From Octopus sinensis (lineage: Eukaryota), in contig NC_043008.1 of the NCBI RefSeq assembly GCF_006345805.1, positions 22,444,001-22,508,000 of the forward strand: a stretch of DNA of 64,000 bases. The letters are read 5' to 3'. The notes beneath the pieces were generated by a model. The model saw only the letters and a program-made list of their open reading frames with translations, ran no database searches and had not been told where the DNA came from. Position numbers and translations under genes: made by a program. Positions 39,501 through 53,650 of this stretch are shown piece by piece; position 1 is the stretch's first letter; each line of letters begins with the position of its first letter.

Positions 39501-40050
39501 CCCGTTGACCACTGCTAGCCAACTGGGTATAGAGGAGATGAACTTTGTTTAGGTGAACCTTTTCTACTACCCCTCTCCATGTGAAGCAGGCAGTGCTCTC
39601 TCTAAATAGGGCTGCTTGGTTGCTCAGGATGCTGCTGAGGGGTGTCATCGCCTCCGGGTCGTCAACCAGGTGACCAAAGTCCTGAGCCACCTACACGTAG
39701 GATCCAGACTGCGGCTTCGAGAGAAATCTTCCACCTGCCGCTTTCGCCCCATTCCCATCGCAGCAGAGCTTTTGGAATGGTTGGTCATAGAACATGGGCG
39801 TGTCCTTTGGTCTGCACTGGGGAGTTTTAAAGTGAAGTGCAGTACACACAAACTGGCCCCACCCTTTAAGCACAAGGTTCATCTGCCATGGCCTAGCATG
39901 CTGGGATGGTGACAGCGAGATCCTCGGGCAGTAGGTTTGAAGTCAGAGTTACCCTCTCCTAGGCCGGTTGCCAACCATGGATGATGAGCCCCTCCTGCCC
40001 GTGCCATCCAAACCATGGCGAAAGAGGGAAAAGGATCCATGGTTTTCAGT
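36575..40050 (-). mobile_element. RTE-BovB-like LINE: 5' UTR, APE endonuclease and RT; frameshifted and 3'-truncated
   Basis: EN: LKVACWNVRT..IDIAALSEVHF..LGNFNARVG..LLDYV (38176-39690). RT: AAGVDGIPPE..YRGITLLS..QCGFR..AFDTVSR..LFADDAAL (36979-37977), continuing FTYLGCIISSD..RLSKANSSFGRL at 36575-36800. Confidence 0.95.
36806..37037 (+). mobile_element. SINE family 2 inserted into the RTE RT, with TSD
   Basis: ggtatacctct at 36795-36805 and 37038-37048. Confidence 0.9.
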
Positions 40051-41124
40051 AGGCGTATACTACCCAGTTGCCTAGGCCGAAGTTGGGGGTTAGCTTAGGA
40101 GACCCCGCCTGGAGCCTTTGACAAAAAGGTCTGTCCACAAGGCAGCGGAGCGAGATCAGGGAGTCACATCCATTGGGAGACGATGACCAGTAGAATAGTT
40201 CATACATCTTTGCTTGGTCATTAACCAAACTGAGGTCCCAATGATCCCGAAATTCCATCTGAGCCATTGACCAAATGTTTCTTCCTCCGCTTCTAGAATA
40301 CAATGCCTCGGGTGAGACAAGGGACAGTGACAGTACAATATGTACATTATACATACATGCACACAGAGTTTGAAATGCAATACACAAAATACACATACGC
40401 ACGAACAAACACTCCACACACACATTGTTGAATGGCCATTGACTACGCTGTAGTTCCTCTGCCCTTTAATGGATCTTATTCTTTGTCCCGCAGAGTGTCC
40501 AACAATCACCCGCCTCACCAAGCAAGCCTAGTGGGGTTGCCATTTTAGTCGCCGATGTCCCGACCATGTAACAGGTTGTACTGGACTACATGGTACCAAT
40601 AGCTCTCGAGAGTGACCCAATATAATATATATATATATTATATATATATATATTATATATATATATATATATATGTATGTATACATATATATATGTATGT
40701 ATACATATATATATGTATATACATATGTATGTATACAGATATATATACATACATATATATATATACATACATACTTATATATATATAATACATGTCCAAC
40801 CCATGCTAGCATGGAGAACGGACGTTAAACGACGATGATATTACATACATGCTTATATATATATATACATATACATATATATATATATATATACATGCTT
40901 ATATATATATACATATATATATATACACATATATATACATACATATATATATATATATACACACATATGTATAATACATATATACATGCTTATATATACA
41001 TATACATATATATACACCATATATATATATACATACATATATGTATATATACATTATATATATATACACACCTACATATATATATACTATTATACACACA
41101 CATATGTATAACACACCACACACA

Positions 41125-41290
41125 TGCGACAGGCTTCTTTCAGTTTCCACCAAATAAATCTACTCACAAGGCTTTGGTCGCCCCAAAGCTATAGTAGAAG
41201 ACATTTTCCCAAACTACCACGCAATGGGATTGAACCTCGAACCATGTGGTTCGAAAGCAAAACTTTTTACCATACAGCCACGCCTGCGCT
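41125..41290 (-). mobile_element. SINE family 1, 5' head
   Basis: ggcttctttcagtttccacc..ttttaccatacagccacgcc. Confidence 0.72.
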
Positions 41291-41800
41291 TATAATGTTG
41301 ATGACAAGAGCACTGATAAAAGTCGTACAGCCGCTCGTAGAGTGGGACCAAACCTCATTATCTTGACGTGAGAGATGATGCTGTGTTCAGCCTCCTACAT
41401 ACATACGTACCAACGTACGTGTGTGTATGTGCGTGTGTAAGACGGACAGCTAATCCAAACGGGAAGCGAAGGAAAGAATTGTGTGTAAGAAAGTCCTGTC
41501 TGAAATGAAGTGGAAATATAAAACGGTGAGCGGAAGACTGGTAGGAAAATTTCGCTATTGTGACGTAGCAAGGATTTATAATCAATAATCTATTGTTTCT
41601 GTTTGTTCGTTTTTTTTTGTTTTTTTTTACGGTGATTATACAACTTGCTGTGAAATTATCTTCGCTAAATGCAGGCCTTGTAAGTTTTACAGAGTTCTCT
41701 CCCTTATATCAGATTCCATCACAGAGAAAGCTTTTATTGTTGGTTTAGTTTTCAACAGACTGACAGACAGGCAGACAGATAGACAGACAGACAGACAGAC

Positions 41801-41874
<74 letters not shown>

Positions 41875-41929
41875 GTATGGACTGGAGCGTATTGCCCATG
41901 TTCAGTCCACTGCAGGGCAGGAACCTCAG

Positions 41930-42370
41930 CGTGTTCTCTTCAGGACTTATTCTTTGTAAGCCTAGTACTTATTCTATCGGTGTCTTTTGCCGAACCGCTA
42001 ATTTACGGGGATGTAAACACACCAGCATTAGTTGTCAAGCGATGTTGGGGGGAAAAACATAGACACACAAACATATACACAAACACATACATACGTACGT
42101 ACATACATACATACATACATACATACATACGTACGTACGTACGTACGTACGTACATACATACATACATACATACATACATACATACATACATACATACAT
42201 ACATACATACATACATACATACATACGTAGGTACGTACGTACGACGGTCTTCTTTCAGTTTCCGTCTACCAATCTACTCACAAGGCTTTGGTCGCCCGGG
42301 GGTATAGTAGAAGACACTTGCCCAAGGTGCAACGCAGTGGAACTGAACCCGGAACCATACAGCCACTCCT
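41930..42370 (-). mobile_element. SINE family 1 with expanded (TACA/TACG)n
   Basis: Both halves present. Confidence 0.82.
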
Positions 42371-42382
42371 ACGCCAATTGGA

Positions 42383-42434
<52 letters not shown>

Positions 42435-42524
42435 CGCACGCATGTGTGTATGTATGTATGTATGTATGTATGTATGTATGTATGTATTAGTATGTATGTA
42501 TGTATGTATGTATAACAGTAACTT

Positions 42525-42750
42525 AACGGCTTGGTAAAACAGTCCGATAGATTAAGTATCAGGCCTTACTTGTTTCGGTGTGCTTCCGGTCCCGTAACAT
42601 TAGCGGTACGGCAAAAGACACCGATAAAATAAGTAACAGGTTCTAAGAAAAGAAAATGAAATGTATTGGGGTCGATTCATTCGATTAAAATGCTTCAAGG
42701 CGGTGCTCCAGCATGGCCGCAGTCTAATGACAAGTAAAAGAATAAAAGAA
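42525..42750 (+). mobile_element. SINE family 1, 3' portions, degenerate
   Basis: ttagcggtacggcaaaagacaccgat..ggcggtgctccagcatggccgcagtc. Confidence 0.65.
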
Positions 42751-43502
42751 TAACAGTGTGTGAGGGTGGGGTGTACGACGGGCTTCCAACAGTCTCCGTC
42801 TACCAAATCCACTGGCGAGACTTTGGTCGGCACCGTAGACATTGGTCGGCATTGTAGAAGACGTTAAACTGCACTTTAAAAGAAATCTGTCAATAATTAC
42901 AGGAAGTTCTTATAAAGGACACTGCGAGCATTTCAACTGGTCTTATATCGGTTAAAGACTTGTGAGAAACAACAGCAGCAGAAATCTTGGCCATCCAAAT
43001 ATCACAGATTTTAACAATTGGAAGCCATGGTGACATTTTGAAATGTCACACTTGTGTTTACTACAAATTCATCGTTTGAATTAAGAATTTATCGTTTAAA
43101 CTACTCATTTGATCGCCTTAGAACTAATATTAGCTAGCTCACTTGATAAGCAGAATTGGGGTGTAACAATAAATATGATTAGGTACACAATATAATGAAA
43201 TGTCGGAGTCAACAGTTGTAACGATAAAAATTTGTTGTTATAATTGCATACTGTAGGATGCGAAAGATGAACAATGCATGAAGTTTTAAGGAAATACCTT
43301 GCTTCAACGAGCAGGTTATGATAAATCCAAAAGCATGCAAAGTAAAGTTTGTGTTTGTGTTCTCTTCATTGTTTAGTAGTAATTAAAGAGAGAGGTAGAA
43401 TGATGTTGTAACAGAACAGAATTAGAGCAAAAGTTTGTATGAGCGGGACTAATGATACCTAATCAATGAATTTTAATTAATTGTCTGTAACATATATGAA
43501 GC

Positions 43503-43720
43503 TAAGGCGGTGAGACGGCAGGGTCGTTTACACGCCGAGTAAAATGCTTAGTGTCATTTCGTCCGTTTTTACGTTCTGAGTTCAAATCCTACCGAGGTCG
43601 ACTTTGCCTTTCATCTTTTCAGGGTCGATAGAATATGTACCAATTGTTGAGCACTGGGGTCGATGTAATTGACTGATCCCCTCCCACGAAATTTCTGGTC
43701 TTGAGTCAAAATTTCAGACC
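43503..43720 (+). mobile_element. SINE family 2
   Basis: aaggcggtgag..gtcgactttgcc..aaatttctggtcttg. Confidence 0.78.
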
Positions 43721-43894
43721 AATATATATATAGTGTGAAACTTTGTTCAACTTCAATCCTTCGTCATTTCGAAAACATGTTAATTTAAGACACAAAGTAT
43801 GCAATTTGGAGACGAAACCCACGTCCCCGAATTGTTTACCTTGTGCCCAAATAACAAAGAATGATTCTTACTATTTTCTTATTATAATCTATTG

Positions 43895-44540
43895 AGAAGG
43901 TGGCGAGCTGGCAGAAACGTTAGCACACCGAGCGAAATGCTTAGCGGTATTTTCGTCTGCCGTTATGTTCTGAGTTCAAATACCGCCGAGGTCGACTTTG
44001 CCTTTCATCTTTCGGGTCAATAAATTAAGTACCAATTACGCGCACTGGGGTCGATGTAATCAACTTAACCCCTTGTCTGTCCTTGTTTTTGTCTTCTATG
44101 TTTAGCCCCTTGTGGGTATGTAAAGAAATAGGTATTTCGTCTCTCTGCTACGTTCTGAGTTCAAATTCCGCCGAGGCCGACTTAGCTTTTCATCCTTTCG
44201 GGGTCGATTAAATAAGTACCAGTTACGCACTGGGGTCGATATAATCGACTTTATCCGTTTGTCTGTCCTTGTTTGTCCTCTCTGTGTTTAGCCCCTTGTG
44301 GGTAGTAAAGAAATGGGTATTTCTTCTGGGTTTACGTTCTAAGTTCAGATTCCGCCATGGTTGACATACCCTTTCATCCTTTCGAGGTTGATTAATTAAG
44401 TACCAGTTCAACACTGGCCCCCTCTGGCCAGTTCGACTGGCCCCCTCCCCCAAAATTTCGGGCCTTGTACCTAGAGTAGAAAAGAATCGGCTGGCCCCCT
44501 CCCCCAAAATTACAGGCGTTGTGCCTGTTGAAGAAAGGAT
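43895..44540 (+). mobile_element. SINE family 2 with a tandem-triplicated body (about 185-bp unit)
   Basis: gttct(g/a)agttca recurs near 43967, 44152 and 44336; junctions aaagaaat(a/g)ggtatttc. Confidence 0.85.
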
Positions 44541-44867
44541 TGTTATCAGGTCTCAAACAGTAGCACAGTTGGTAACACGCTGAGCAATGATTAATTTCGT
44601 TAATTAATTAATGTCTGAGTTCAAATCCTGGCAGCTTCGAAATTGCATTGCATCCTACCGCTACTCTGCAGAAAATACTTACTATGTCCAGTTCAATAGT
44701 ATACAACGACTCCAATACATCGTCAGTGTGTGTGTAGATACTAATTATATAATTAAATAGAAATTTATACATACATACATACATACATACATACATACAT
44801 ACATACATACATACATACATACATACATGCATGCATGCATGCATGCATGCATGCATGTATGTATAGG

Positions 44868-45060
44868 GTGACCTCGTGTGTACCGTTGGCGATTTCTTTC
44901 CTCTGTCTTCCCTTCTCGGGATCTTTCCTTCTCCTGTGTTTCCAACGACGAGCTCCGCTCGAAACGTTAAACCCCTTCTTCCCTTCTTTCCTGAGCGTCC
45001 AATACTAATATATTGTTCCACGTCCTCGTGTTGTGTTTTCTCTGTTTTCTTGTTGGATTA

Positions 45061-45065
<5 letters not shown>
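44868..45065 (+). ncRNA. Family B hammerhead element, mutated core (44938-44972)
   Basis: GUUU-CCAACGA-C-GAGC(UCC)GCUC-GAA-ACGU-U-AAAC. Confidence 0.55.
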
Positions 45066-45111
<46 letters not shown>

Positions 45112-45208
45112 TATGTGTGTGTGTGTGTGTGTGGGTGTGTGTGTGTGGTGGTGTGTGTAAATATATTATATATATAGATATATATATATGTAAATATATG
45201 TATGTATA

Positions 45209-45271
<63 letters not shown>

Positions 45272-46518
45272 CTGTCATGCCTTTGGGTGTCAGAAGTGAA
45301 AGTAGAGAAATCTGACGTCAGACGTCAACTTCGTGTATTTACGTCGTCTTTCGTTTATTTACGCCGTTTATTTACGTACTATTGAAATGCAAGTAAAAGC
45401 TTGTATGTATGTATGTATGTATGTATATATATATATACATATATATATATACATATATATATATACATATATATATATACATATATATACATACATATAT
45501 ATATATATATACATACACACATATATATATATAATTTTGTTTGTTAATTGTTTAAATTATTTTCCATTTCTTTCGTTTTAGCCTTCCGGTTTTTTTATAC
45601 GCGTAACAATTAAGAAAAAAAAAATTAGGGTTAGGGTTAGTGACAGGATGTTGTCTCGGTTTTAGACGCAGCAAATGATTTTTGCTCAATTAGAGGCGAT
45701 TCATTGGTTAAATTTCGAAAAATTAAACTACATTAAACAAACGAATTACAATTTTATCAAGAAAGCCAAGAGAAAAAATGTTTCTACCAGTATACGAAGT
45801 TTTAAAGTGTTTAGTTAACTAGAAATTGTGTTGACATGTGCCGTTCAAAAGGAAAAGATCCAGTCAATTTTCATTGGTTGGTAAACAATATTTCCCAGGG
45901 ATTTTTACATTTCAGTTATCGTCACCATTATTATTGCTGACGTATACACACACACCTTTCAAAAGCACAAAATACTGAAGACCTAGTCAAATTAGATGTC
46001 TTAACTGTTCCTATTTCATGTCACCAAGTACATATATATACCAAGTGTGTATATATATGGATGACTAATACTACGGTGGATGTGATAGGCTAACGTTGAG
46101 TCTATGACGCAGGTTCAATATCTGAGAGTTCTGAGTTTCACTTATTCCTCTGAGGTGAAATTTATAGAACTGACCCAGCAAGGACAAATGTCTTCGAATG
46201 CAAAGTCAAACTAATGTATTTATTATAATATTGTGGGATACATGGATATAGAATAATGTGTAGATGAAAAGATAAGGTAAAAAGAAAGTTAGGAAAGGAA
46301 CAAGTCAAGATGGAGTCAAAACTGAAAGGGAAAGGAAGGCACAGAGCCATAAATGAAACAAGGGAAGGCACTGTGTTTGTGCTTAAGACGTAGGTGAGAG
46401 TTATGTCCCTTACACCAAAAGTTTAAAAGCGAATATGTACACACACACACACACACAGAGTATTCCCTTACCATATCGCGGTTCACCTATCGCCTTTTAT
46501 TATTTAAGCTTACGTCGA

Positions 46519-46572
<54 letters not shown>

Positions 46573-46679
46573 CACAAATAAATGAAAGAATGGAGTTGAA
46601 CGACGAATTAATAAAATTCCTTTATTTTCGACATATGTTTCAAAGGTGCCTATTCCTAATTCGAAAGAATAAGGGGTGC

Positions 46680-46711
<32 letters not shown>

Positions 46712-46837
46712 CATACATACCTACATACATACACACCACATACATACATACATGTACTCTCCTGCCTTCGTCTTTTGTTTATTTTCGTAAACTTTCCCTT
46801 TATATAATATAGCATGTGTGTACATATATATATATGC

Positions 46838-46874
<37 letters not shown>

Positions 46875-46876
<2 letters not shown>

Positions 46877-47260
46877 TCTTTACTCTCTTTTACTTGTTTC
46901 AGTCATTTGACTGTGGCCATGCTGGAGCACCACCTTTAGTCGAGCAAATCGACCCCGGGACTTATTCTTTGTAAGCCCAGTACTTATTCTATCGGTCTCT
47001 TTTGCCGAACCGCTAAGTGACGGGGACGTAAACACACCAGCATCGGTTGTCAAGCGATGTTGGAGGGGATAAACACAGACACACAAACACATACACACAT
47101 ATACATATATATATACATATATACGACAGGCTTCATTCAGTTTCCGTCTACCAAATCCACTCACAAGGCATTGGTCGGCCCGGGGCTATAGCAGAAGACA
47201 CTTGCCCAAGATGCCACGCAGTGGGACTGAACCCGGAACCATGTGGTTGGTTAGCAAGCT
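46875..47260 (-). mobile_element. SINE family 1
   Basis: Near-complete consensus. Confidence 0.88.
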
Positions 47261-47309
47261 AATGCATATATATATATATAAATATATCAAATATGTATAT
47301 GTGTATGTT

Positions 47310-47365
<56 letters not shown>

Positions 47366-47486
47366 TTGTTTATTTACCGGTGACTGAAACAGCTTCAAAG
47401 TCAGTTGTTTATAATTTGTGTTGCATAAATTGACAGTTTGACCAATAATATAATTACCTAACTCAGGAATAGGTAAAAGAGGTCGA

Positions 47487-47537
<51 letters not shown>

Positions 47538-47969
47538 CAGCAGCGGTGGGGGGGAGGTAGTAGTAGTAGAAGTAGTTTCAAATTTTAGCACAAGGCCAGC
47601 AATCTTGTCGGGAAGGTCTTAGTCAATTATGTCAACCCCAGTATTTGACATCTACTTTCTTTTATCAAACCCAGAGGGTTAAAAGGCAGAGCGGATGTTA
47701 GTAGGATTTGAACTCGGAATGAAAAGAGTCAGAAGAAATACTGCTTATTTTTTAATAACGGTGATTTCTGATTTCTGATTTCAGTAAGATGGCAGCAAAT
47801 TTGTGTGGGGTGGGTGTAAACCAATCCCACAAACCCCTGTACTTGATTGGTACTTTATCTTATGACCCCAAGAGGATAAAAAGCAGAGATGACCTCAGCT
47901 TGATTTGATCTCAGAATATAGAGAAGCAAATACTTCAAGGCATTTTGTCCAACATTCTAACAGCTGTGT

Positions 47970-48230
47970 GGAGGCACGTGGCTTAGTGGTTAGTGTGTTA
48001 GGCTTTTGATCATAAGGTTGAGGTTTCAATTCCTGCACCAGACAACATGTCATGTTCTTGAGCAGAACACTTCATTTCATGTTGCTTCTGTCCATTCAGT
48101 GGACAAAAATGAGTAGCCATCTAATAAACTGGTGACTCATCCAGGTAGGGAATATGTACGCCACGGTAAATAAAAAAAATGACCCTTATGAGTCACTATG
48201 ACTCGGGAAGGAACTTTATTTTTACTAACA
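47970..48230 (+). mobile_element. SINE family 4
   Basis: ggaggcacgtggcttagtggttag..gttcttgagcagaacacttcatttca. Confidence 0.7.
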
Positions 48231-48254
48231 ACAATATAAGCTCATCCCTTTTGT

Positions 48255-48560
48255 TGTTTGTTTGTTCCTTCTCGAGCCATGCCTGGCTCATAAGGGCCGG
48301 TTTCCTGGTTTCTTAGCGTATAGGTTCCCCACCTGGACGGGACACCGGTCCATCGCAGGTGAGCTGCAAGATGCAGGAGGAAAGGGTGAGAGAAAGTTGT
48401 GGCAAAAGAGTCAGCAGAAGTTTGCCGTTACCTTCTGCCTGAGCCACGTGGAGCTTAGGTGTTTCGCTCATAAACACACACATTGTCTGGTCTGAGATTC
48501 GAGCCCGCGATTCCTTGACCACGAGTCTGCTGCTCTAACCACTAGGCCATGTGCCTCCAC
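48255..48560 (-). mobile_element. SINE family 3
   Basis: tRNA-like head gcacatggcctagtggttagagcagcagactc on the minus strand. Confidence 0.75.
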
Positions 48561-48757
48561 AAGCTCCTCCCTTGTAAAATATAGTTTCTAATTGAGGAAA
48601 AAGACCAGTAAATATGAAGAGAGAAAGTTAGGCAATCCAATGGCTCCTAATACTCGACTGGTTTCTCATTGACCTCAGACTGATAAACGATAAAGTTTAT
48701 CAAAACAGAAAGAGCCAGAAGAAATGCCACACACACACACACACAAATGATGATAAT

Positions 48758-49160
48758 ACTCTTTACTCTTTTACTTGTTTCAGTCATTTGACTGCGGCCA
48801 TGCTGGAGCATCGCCTTTAGTCGAGCAAATCGACCCCAGGACTTATTCTTTGTAAGCCCAGTACTTATTCTATCGGTCTCTTTTGCCGAACCGCTAAGTG
48901 ACGGGGATGTAAACACACCAGCATCGGTTGTCAAGCAATGCTAGGGGAACAAACACAGACACACAAACACACACATACATATACATATATATACATATAT
49001 ACGACAAGCTTCTTTCAGCTTCGGTCTACCAAATCCACTCACAAGGCATTGGTCAGCCCAGGGCTTTAGCAGAAGACACTTGCCCAAGATGCCACGCAGT
49101 GGGACTGAACCCGGAACCATGTGGTTGGTTAGCAAGCTACTTACCACACAGCCACTCCTG
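48758..49160 (-). mobile_element. SINE family 1
   Basis: Complete consensus. Confidence 0.9.
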
Positions 49161-49285
49161 CGCCTTATAATAATAATATTAATATTAATAATAAAAATAA
49201 TAGTGATAACAATAATATTTTTTTATTTGCCACGAAGGCAATGGATGAAGGAAACATTTGAAGAACATTAACAAATGACAACAGA

Positions 49286-49328
<43 letters not shown>

Positions 49329-49914
49329 TAAGTTCAAGGCCTGAAATTTTGTGGGAGGGGACTAGATGATTACATCAACCCCAGTGCTTCACTGGTACTT
49401 AATTTATCAAGCCCAAAAGAATTAAAGGTAAAGTTGACTTCAGCAGAATTTGAACTCAGAAAAAAAGAGATAATGATACTGATAACAATAAAACTTTTTA
49501 TTTGTCAATGGATGAAGGGAAACATTTGAAGGACATAACAAATGACAGCAGAAATGATAATAATAATAATAATAATAATAATAATAGTAATGATAAAGGA
49601 GACAGTAAGAAGATTTCAATTCGAAGTTAATAAGTAAGCTAACTGCATTTAAAACTTAATTAACTCGATGGAAGTGAATGTGATAATTTCAGTTAGCCTA
49701 ATTTACCGTTTTTAATATTCCACACAAAAATCTCCTTTTAGTGGTACCATAAAATCAACATCTTGCAATGAATGTTTGAATCAGTTGATCTACTGTAGTC
49801 AGACTACAACAGTTAGTTTCCAGCAGTAGACTTCTTTTTAAACCAGTTTGTTCAGTTCAGTATATACATTATACATTATATATTCATGTTATATATTTAT
49901 ATATATATGTTGAT

Positions 49915-50270
49915 AGAAATGGTAAGACAACAAAAGAATGAAAGAGACCTTGATATTATGTAAATAGAGGAATTTGTCTGTAAATATATGTAACATTTGG
50001 TAGCCATGAGAAAAATCCGAGTTTTGGATGTCGGGGTGGAAACCCACGCCCCCATCTCTTCAATTATCTGGCCATCAAAAAAATGCTCTTCAGTAGGTCC
50101 ACTTCGAAGTCTTCCAAGCCTTTGATTTTTGGAGGGAATTTCTTAGATTTAATACCATAGAATATATTCTTCGGATAACTGGAGATGGTGGTGTGGGTTT
50201 CCGCCCCAAAACATCCGAAACTCTGAGTTTTTTCATGGCTGCTGAAAAATTGTCACATATTATATTTACA
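49915..50270. ncRNA. Family E foldback element with hammerhead-like motif in both arms
   Basis: About 100-bp inverted arms. The two arms together give (C/U)UG(AA)GA-GAUG..CAUC-C-(G/A)AA-ACUC(U/G)GA(G)U-U, each arm with lesions. Confidence 0.42.
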
Positions 50271-51019
50271 GATATATATATATATATATTATATCATATT
50301 ATATATATATTATATATATATAATATATACACACATACACACACTCATAGATATTTAAACATATTTAAAGTATGTGTAGTATGTATAAATGCGCACATTG
50401 ATACACTTACATCAAAGAGGCACATTCATATAAATATCACATATACTCATTTGCATAGAAATGTTTCATTCGTGCGTGTGTGTGTGTGTGTGTGTACATT
50501 TATAAATACATATATATACATGAGTGTGTTTATGTGTATATATATATATAGTTGCAATTTTCTTGAACTACTTAAAAATAACAGATTTAACAGATTCGTT
50601 CTTTTTAATGTTGCCTTGTTAGATAGCAGTTAACTTTTCGATGTATCCTCCAAACCTAAAAAACTTACCTATCTCTAGTTTAACCAACAGCATTTATATT
50701 ACTTGCTCCTTATGGCATAGTTCCTAGAGAAATAGGCTGATACCATGGCTCACAAAGAAGAAGCTGATACTAAAAATTCATAGCTGAGCTTACAACGTAA
50801 CTCAAGGTGGCATTACTAATAACTTACCTTCGGCAATGCTCATAATTTAGTCCACTGCTTAGTCTTAGTGTTTGGTACACAACCATGCATTGACTTATAA
50901 CATGATCCAAAGCATCAAATTAGCAAGTAACTAATACAGATTCATGTGGAAGAACTCAACAGGAAATTTTCTGGTGGACAAAGACACTTATGAGTTGCAG
51001 TACGTCAACATTATCTGTT

Positions 51020-51245
51020 TCTTTACTACCCACAAGGGGCTAAACATAGGGAGGACAAACAAGGACAGACAAACGGATTAAGTCGATTAGATCAACCCCA
51101 GTGCGTAACTGGTACTTAAGTTATTAACCCCGAAAGGATGAAAGGCAAAATCGACCTTGGCGGAATTTGAACTCAGAACGTAACGGCAGACGAAATACAG
51201 CTACGCATTTTGCCCGGTGTGCTAACGACTCTGCCAGCTCGCCAC
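51020..51245 (-). mobile_element. SINE family 2
   Basis: tttctttactacccacaaggggctaaac..ctgccagctcgcc. Confidence 0.85.
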
Positions 51246-51388
51246 CTATATTGGTCATACTGATAGGAGATCTGGATTATCCAACCTTGAAAATCATCAG
51301 TTTTATAATACTCATCAGTTTTATACTTCCCATCCTACTTAATGTAAGTAATGGACCATATACACCCACTGAATAAAATATAAAATAA

Positions 51389-51786
51389 TCTTTATATATA
51401 AAAGTCAAGTTGTGTGCTGTCTGTCTCCTACAATTTAGATTCCTAACTACTCCCACATTTTGCGGTGCAGTTTAACCAAAACCGGGTATCTTATAGTCGT
51501 GATTCATATCGAGCCCTTCTGGGTATTAGCACGCGTCTACGATGAGTCTACGATTTTTAAAAAATTTACCATCAATTTTCCCCATTTTTAATGCATTTTT
51601 GGCATATATAAGGGAAGTAACTCTCTAAAAATTTATTATTAAATCTCAGAACGTAAAAAGCTACAGTAACACACTCCCCCCTTTGTGGTTAGCCATATTG
51701 AGATAGCTATTATACTTTACATCTCTAAAAATGCTTACATAGTTATTTCCCTTACAAACCCAAGCAACGCCGGGCAATACTGCTAG
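51389..51786 (+). mobile_element. Non-autonomous Helitron-like element
   Basis: A|TC at 51389, subterminal hairpin cccaagcaacgccggg, CTAG|T at 51783-51787; no TSD. Confidence 0.85.
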
Positions 51787-52344
51787 TTAGTGATAAAGTA
51801 AAAGAAATATCAGATATGTGTCTATGTATGCGAGTGAGAAAATGAGTCCTTGGAGTATATGAAGAACCAATCATTACATTACAGGTTTTGTGACTTGGAA
51901 TATCAGCAAGCCATTACAAAAGATTATCGATACTGCAGAGAGGTGATTCCTTGGAAGAATACTGAAGGTGTCCTGTGTAGAGAGAGTGAAAAATCTGGAG
52001 ATCTTTAGACAAGCAAAAGAACACCAGAAAGTTCTTCAATAAAATAAAAAAAGACACCATATTCATTGTTATTTTTATCTCATTCACCATAATGTCCACT
52101 TTTCCATACTTGAGTCAGACAGAGTTCATCTGTGGTAGATTTTTCTATAGAAGGATGCCCTTCCTCTTGTGAACTGTCACCTGTTCCCAAGTGAGGCAAT
52201 ATTTCCGCATGGCCAGACATTGTTTTCACAAACTATTGGGAATATATGATGCTGCTTGTATGATAGTGACACTTTTTTTACCACAATCATATGATGCCGA
52301 GTCAAGGAGATAAACTCATGCACACACACACAAACATATATATA

Positions 52345-52725
52345 CACTTGCGTCAGAAATTAATTAGCACTTCTCAAATTTCTACATTAAATAGGTTAAA
52401 TCAATTAACCTATGAGCTGTTCAAAACGTCTTACGCGATGAGAAAACTTAGTATGGTGTGATTTCGGTCCTTGCGAGATGCTACCTATATCTATTAAACA
52501 AAGGAAGATTTGTCTGCATCCGCACTCCAAGTTGTTGTTGCACTGCTATGTCAACATCATAAGGCTGTAGACTCTCAAACAGCTCTGCAAACAAGTAACG
52601 TACGTCCTATCTGCGCAACAGTGAACTCGCAACAAAGCAATAGTTCGAGATATGGCCACTAGGTGACAGCACATACCTTGAGTGAAGAGCAAATCAAGGG
52701 TGCTAATTAATTTCTGACGGTAGTG
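52345..52725. mobile_element. Tc1-type MITE
   Basis: TIRs cacttgcgtcagaaattaattagcac / gtgctaattaatttctgacggtagtg with TA on both sides. Confidence 0.88.
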
Positions 52726-52816
52726 TATATATATATAGAGAGAGAGTTAGGGTTCTCCATACAGAATACACTTCATAGTGTTCAAGGGATTTAAAATTGA
52801 GCAGGTGGAAGTGTAA

Positions 52817-53200
52817 ATGTAAGGGTAAGCAAGTTAGGCAAGTTGATATACAAAAGATATTAAATACATTTAATACAAAAAATGTATATATGTTTACATA
52901 TAAAAAGGTTTGACTTGCATAGAATAGAAATGATATCAGGAATTAAAGGGGTTGAATAAGAGTTTTACGAGTCCAACAACTGTTTTTTAGGGGCTGGTGG
53001 TCCAAAATAATGATTGTAAACTGACTCCATCATAGGATAATACCAGCCTCCGTCTTCAGGGAAGAATTTTACATTTGTGGTGCTGACAAAAAGATTAAAG
53101 ATGGACTAACCTTTTTATATGTAAAAATATGTACATTTTTGAATTAATTCTATTTAATATTTTTTGTATATTGACTTGTCTAACTTGCTTATCCTTACAT
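52817..53200. mobile_element. Element with about 95-bp terminal inverted arms
   Basis: atgtaagggtaagcaagttaggcaag.. mirrored by ..cttgtctaacttgcttatccttacat. Confidence 0.75.
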
Positions 53201-53214
53201 ATATATATATAAAA

Positions 53215-53370
53215 GGAACTTCTTTCAGTTTCCATCTACCAGATCCACTCACAAGGCTTTGGTTAGACCAGGGCTAAAGTAGAAGATATTTTCCCAAGAT
53301 GCCACACATTGGAACTGAACCTGAAATCATGTTGTTGAGAAGCTAACTTCTTACCACACAGCCACACCTG
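53215..53370 (-). mobile_element. SINE family 1, 5' head
   Basis: cttctttcagtttccatctacc..cttaccacacagccacacc. Confidence 0.72.
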
Positions 53371-53650
53371 TACCCAGTCAACAGTCTCAATTTATTGGAC
53401 ACTATTTCATAGGAAAAAGCCTTGAGTATTTTGTGAAAACCAAAAAAAATCTAAAAGAAAGAAGAAACCAGGAGAGACAGAGAGAGAAATGCATATATAA
53501 ACAGTAAAGCAAGTTGCCACATCAAAATATTACTTGTAGTTTAACCCCAGGCAGATTCTCCACCAGCTGGTTTTCGATGCAACATTCTGCATCCTTTATA
53601 TACAATATATCGCTAGCGAACGCCAATTAACCTCCATCAGCTAACAGGAT

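Noticed and set aside
42900-43150. YKGHCEHFNWSYIG as another GIY-YIG remnant
   Set aside because: Only a loose match with stops; too weak to call without an HMM search.
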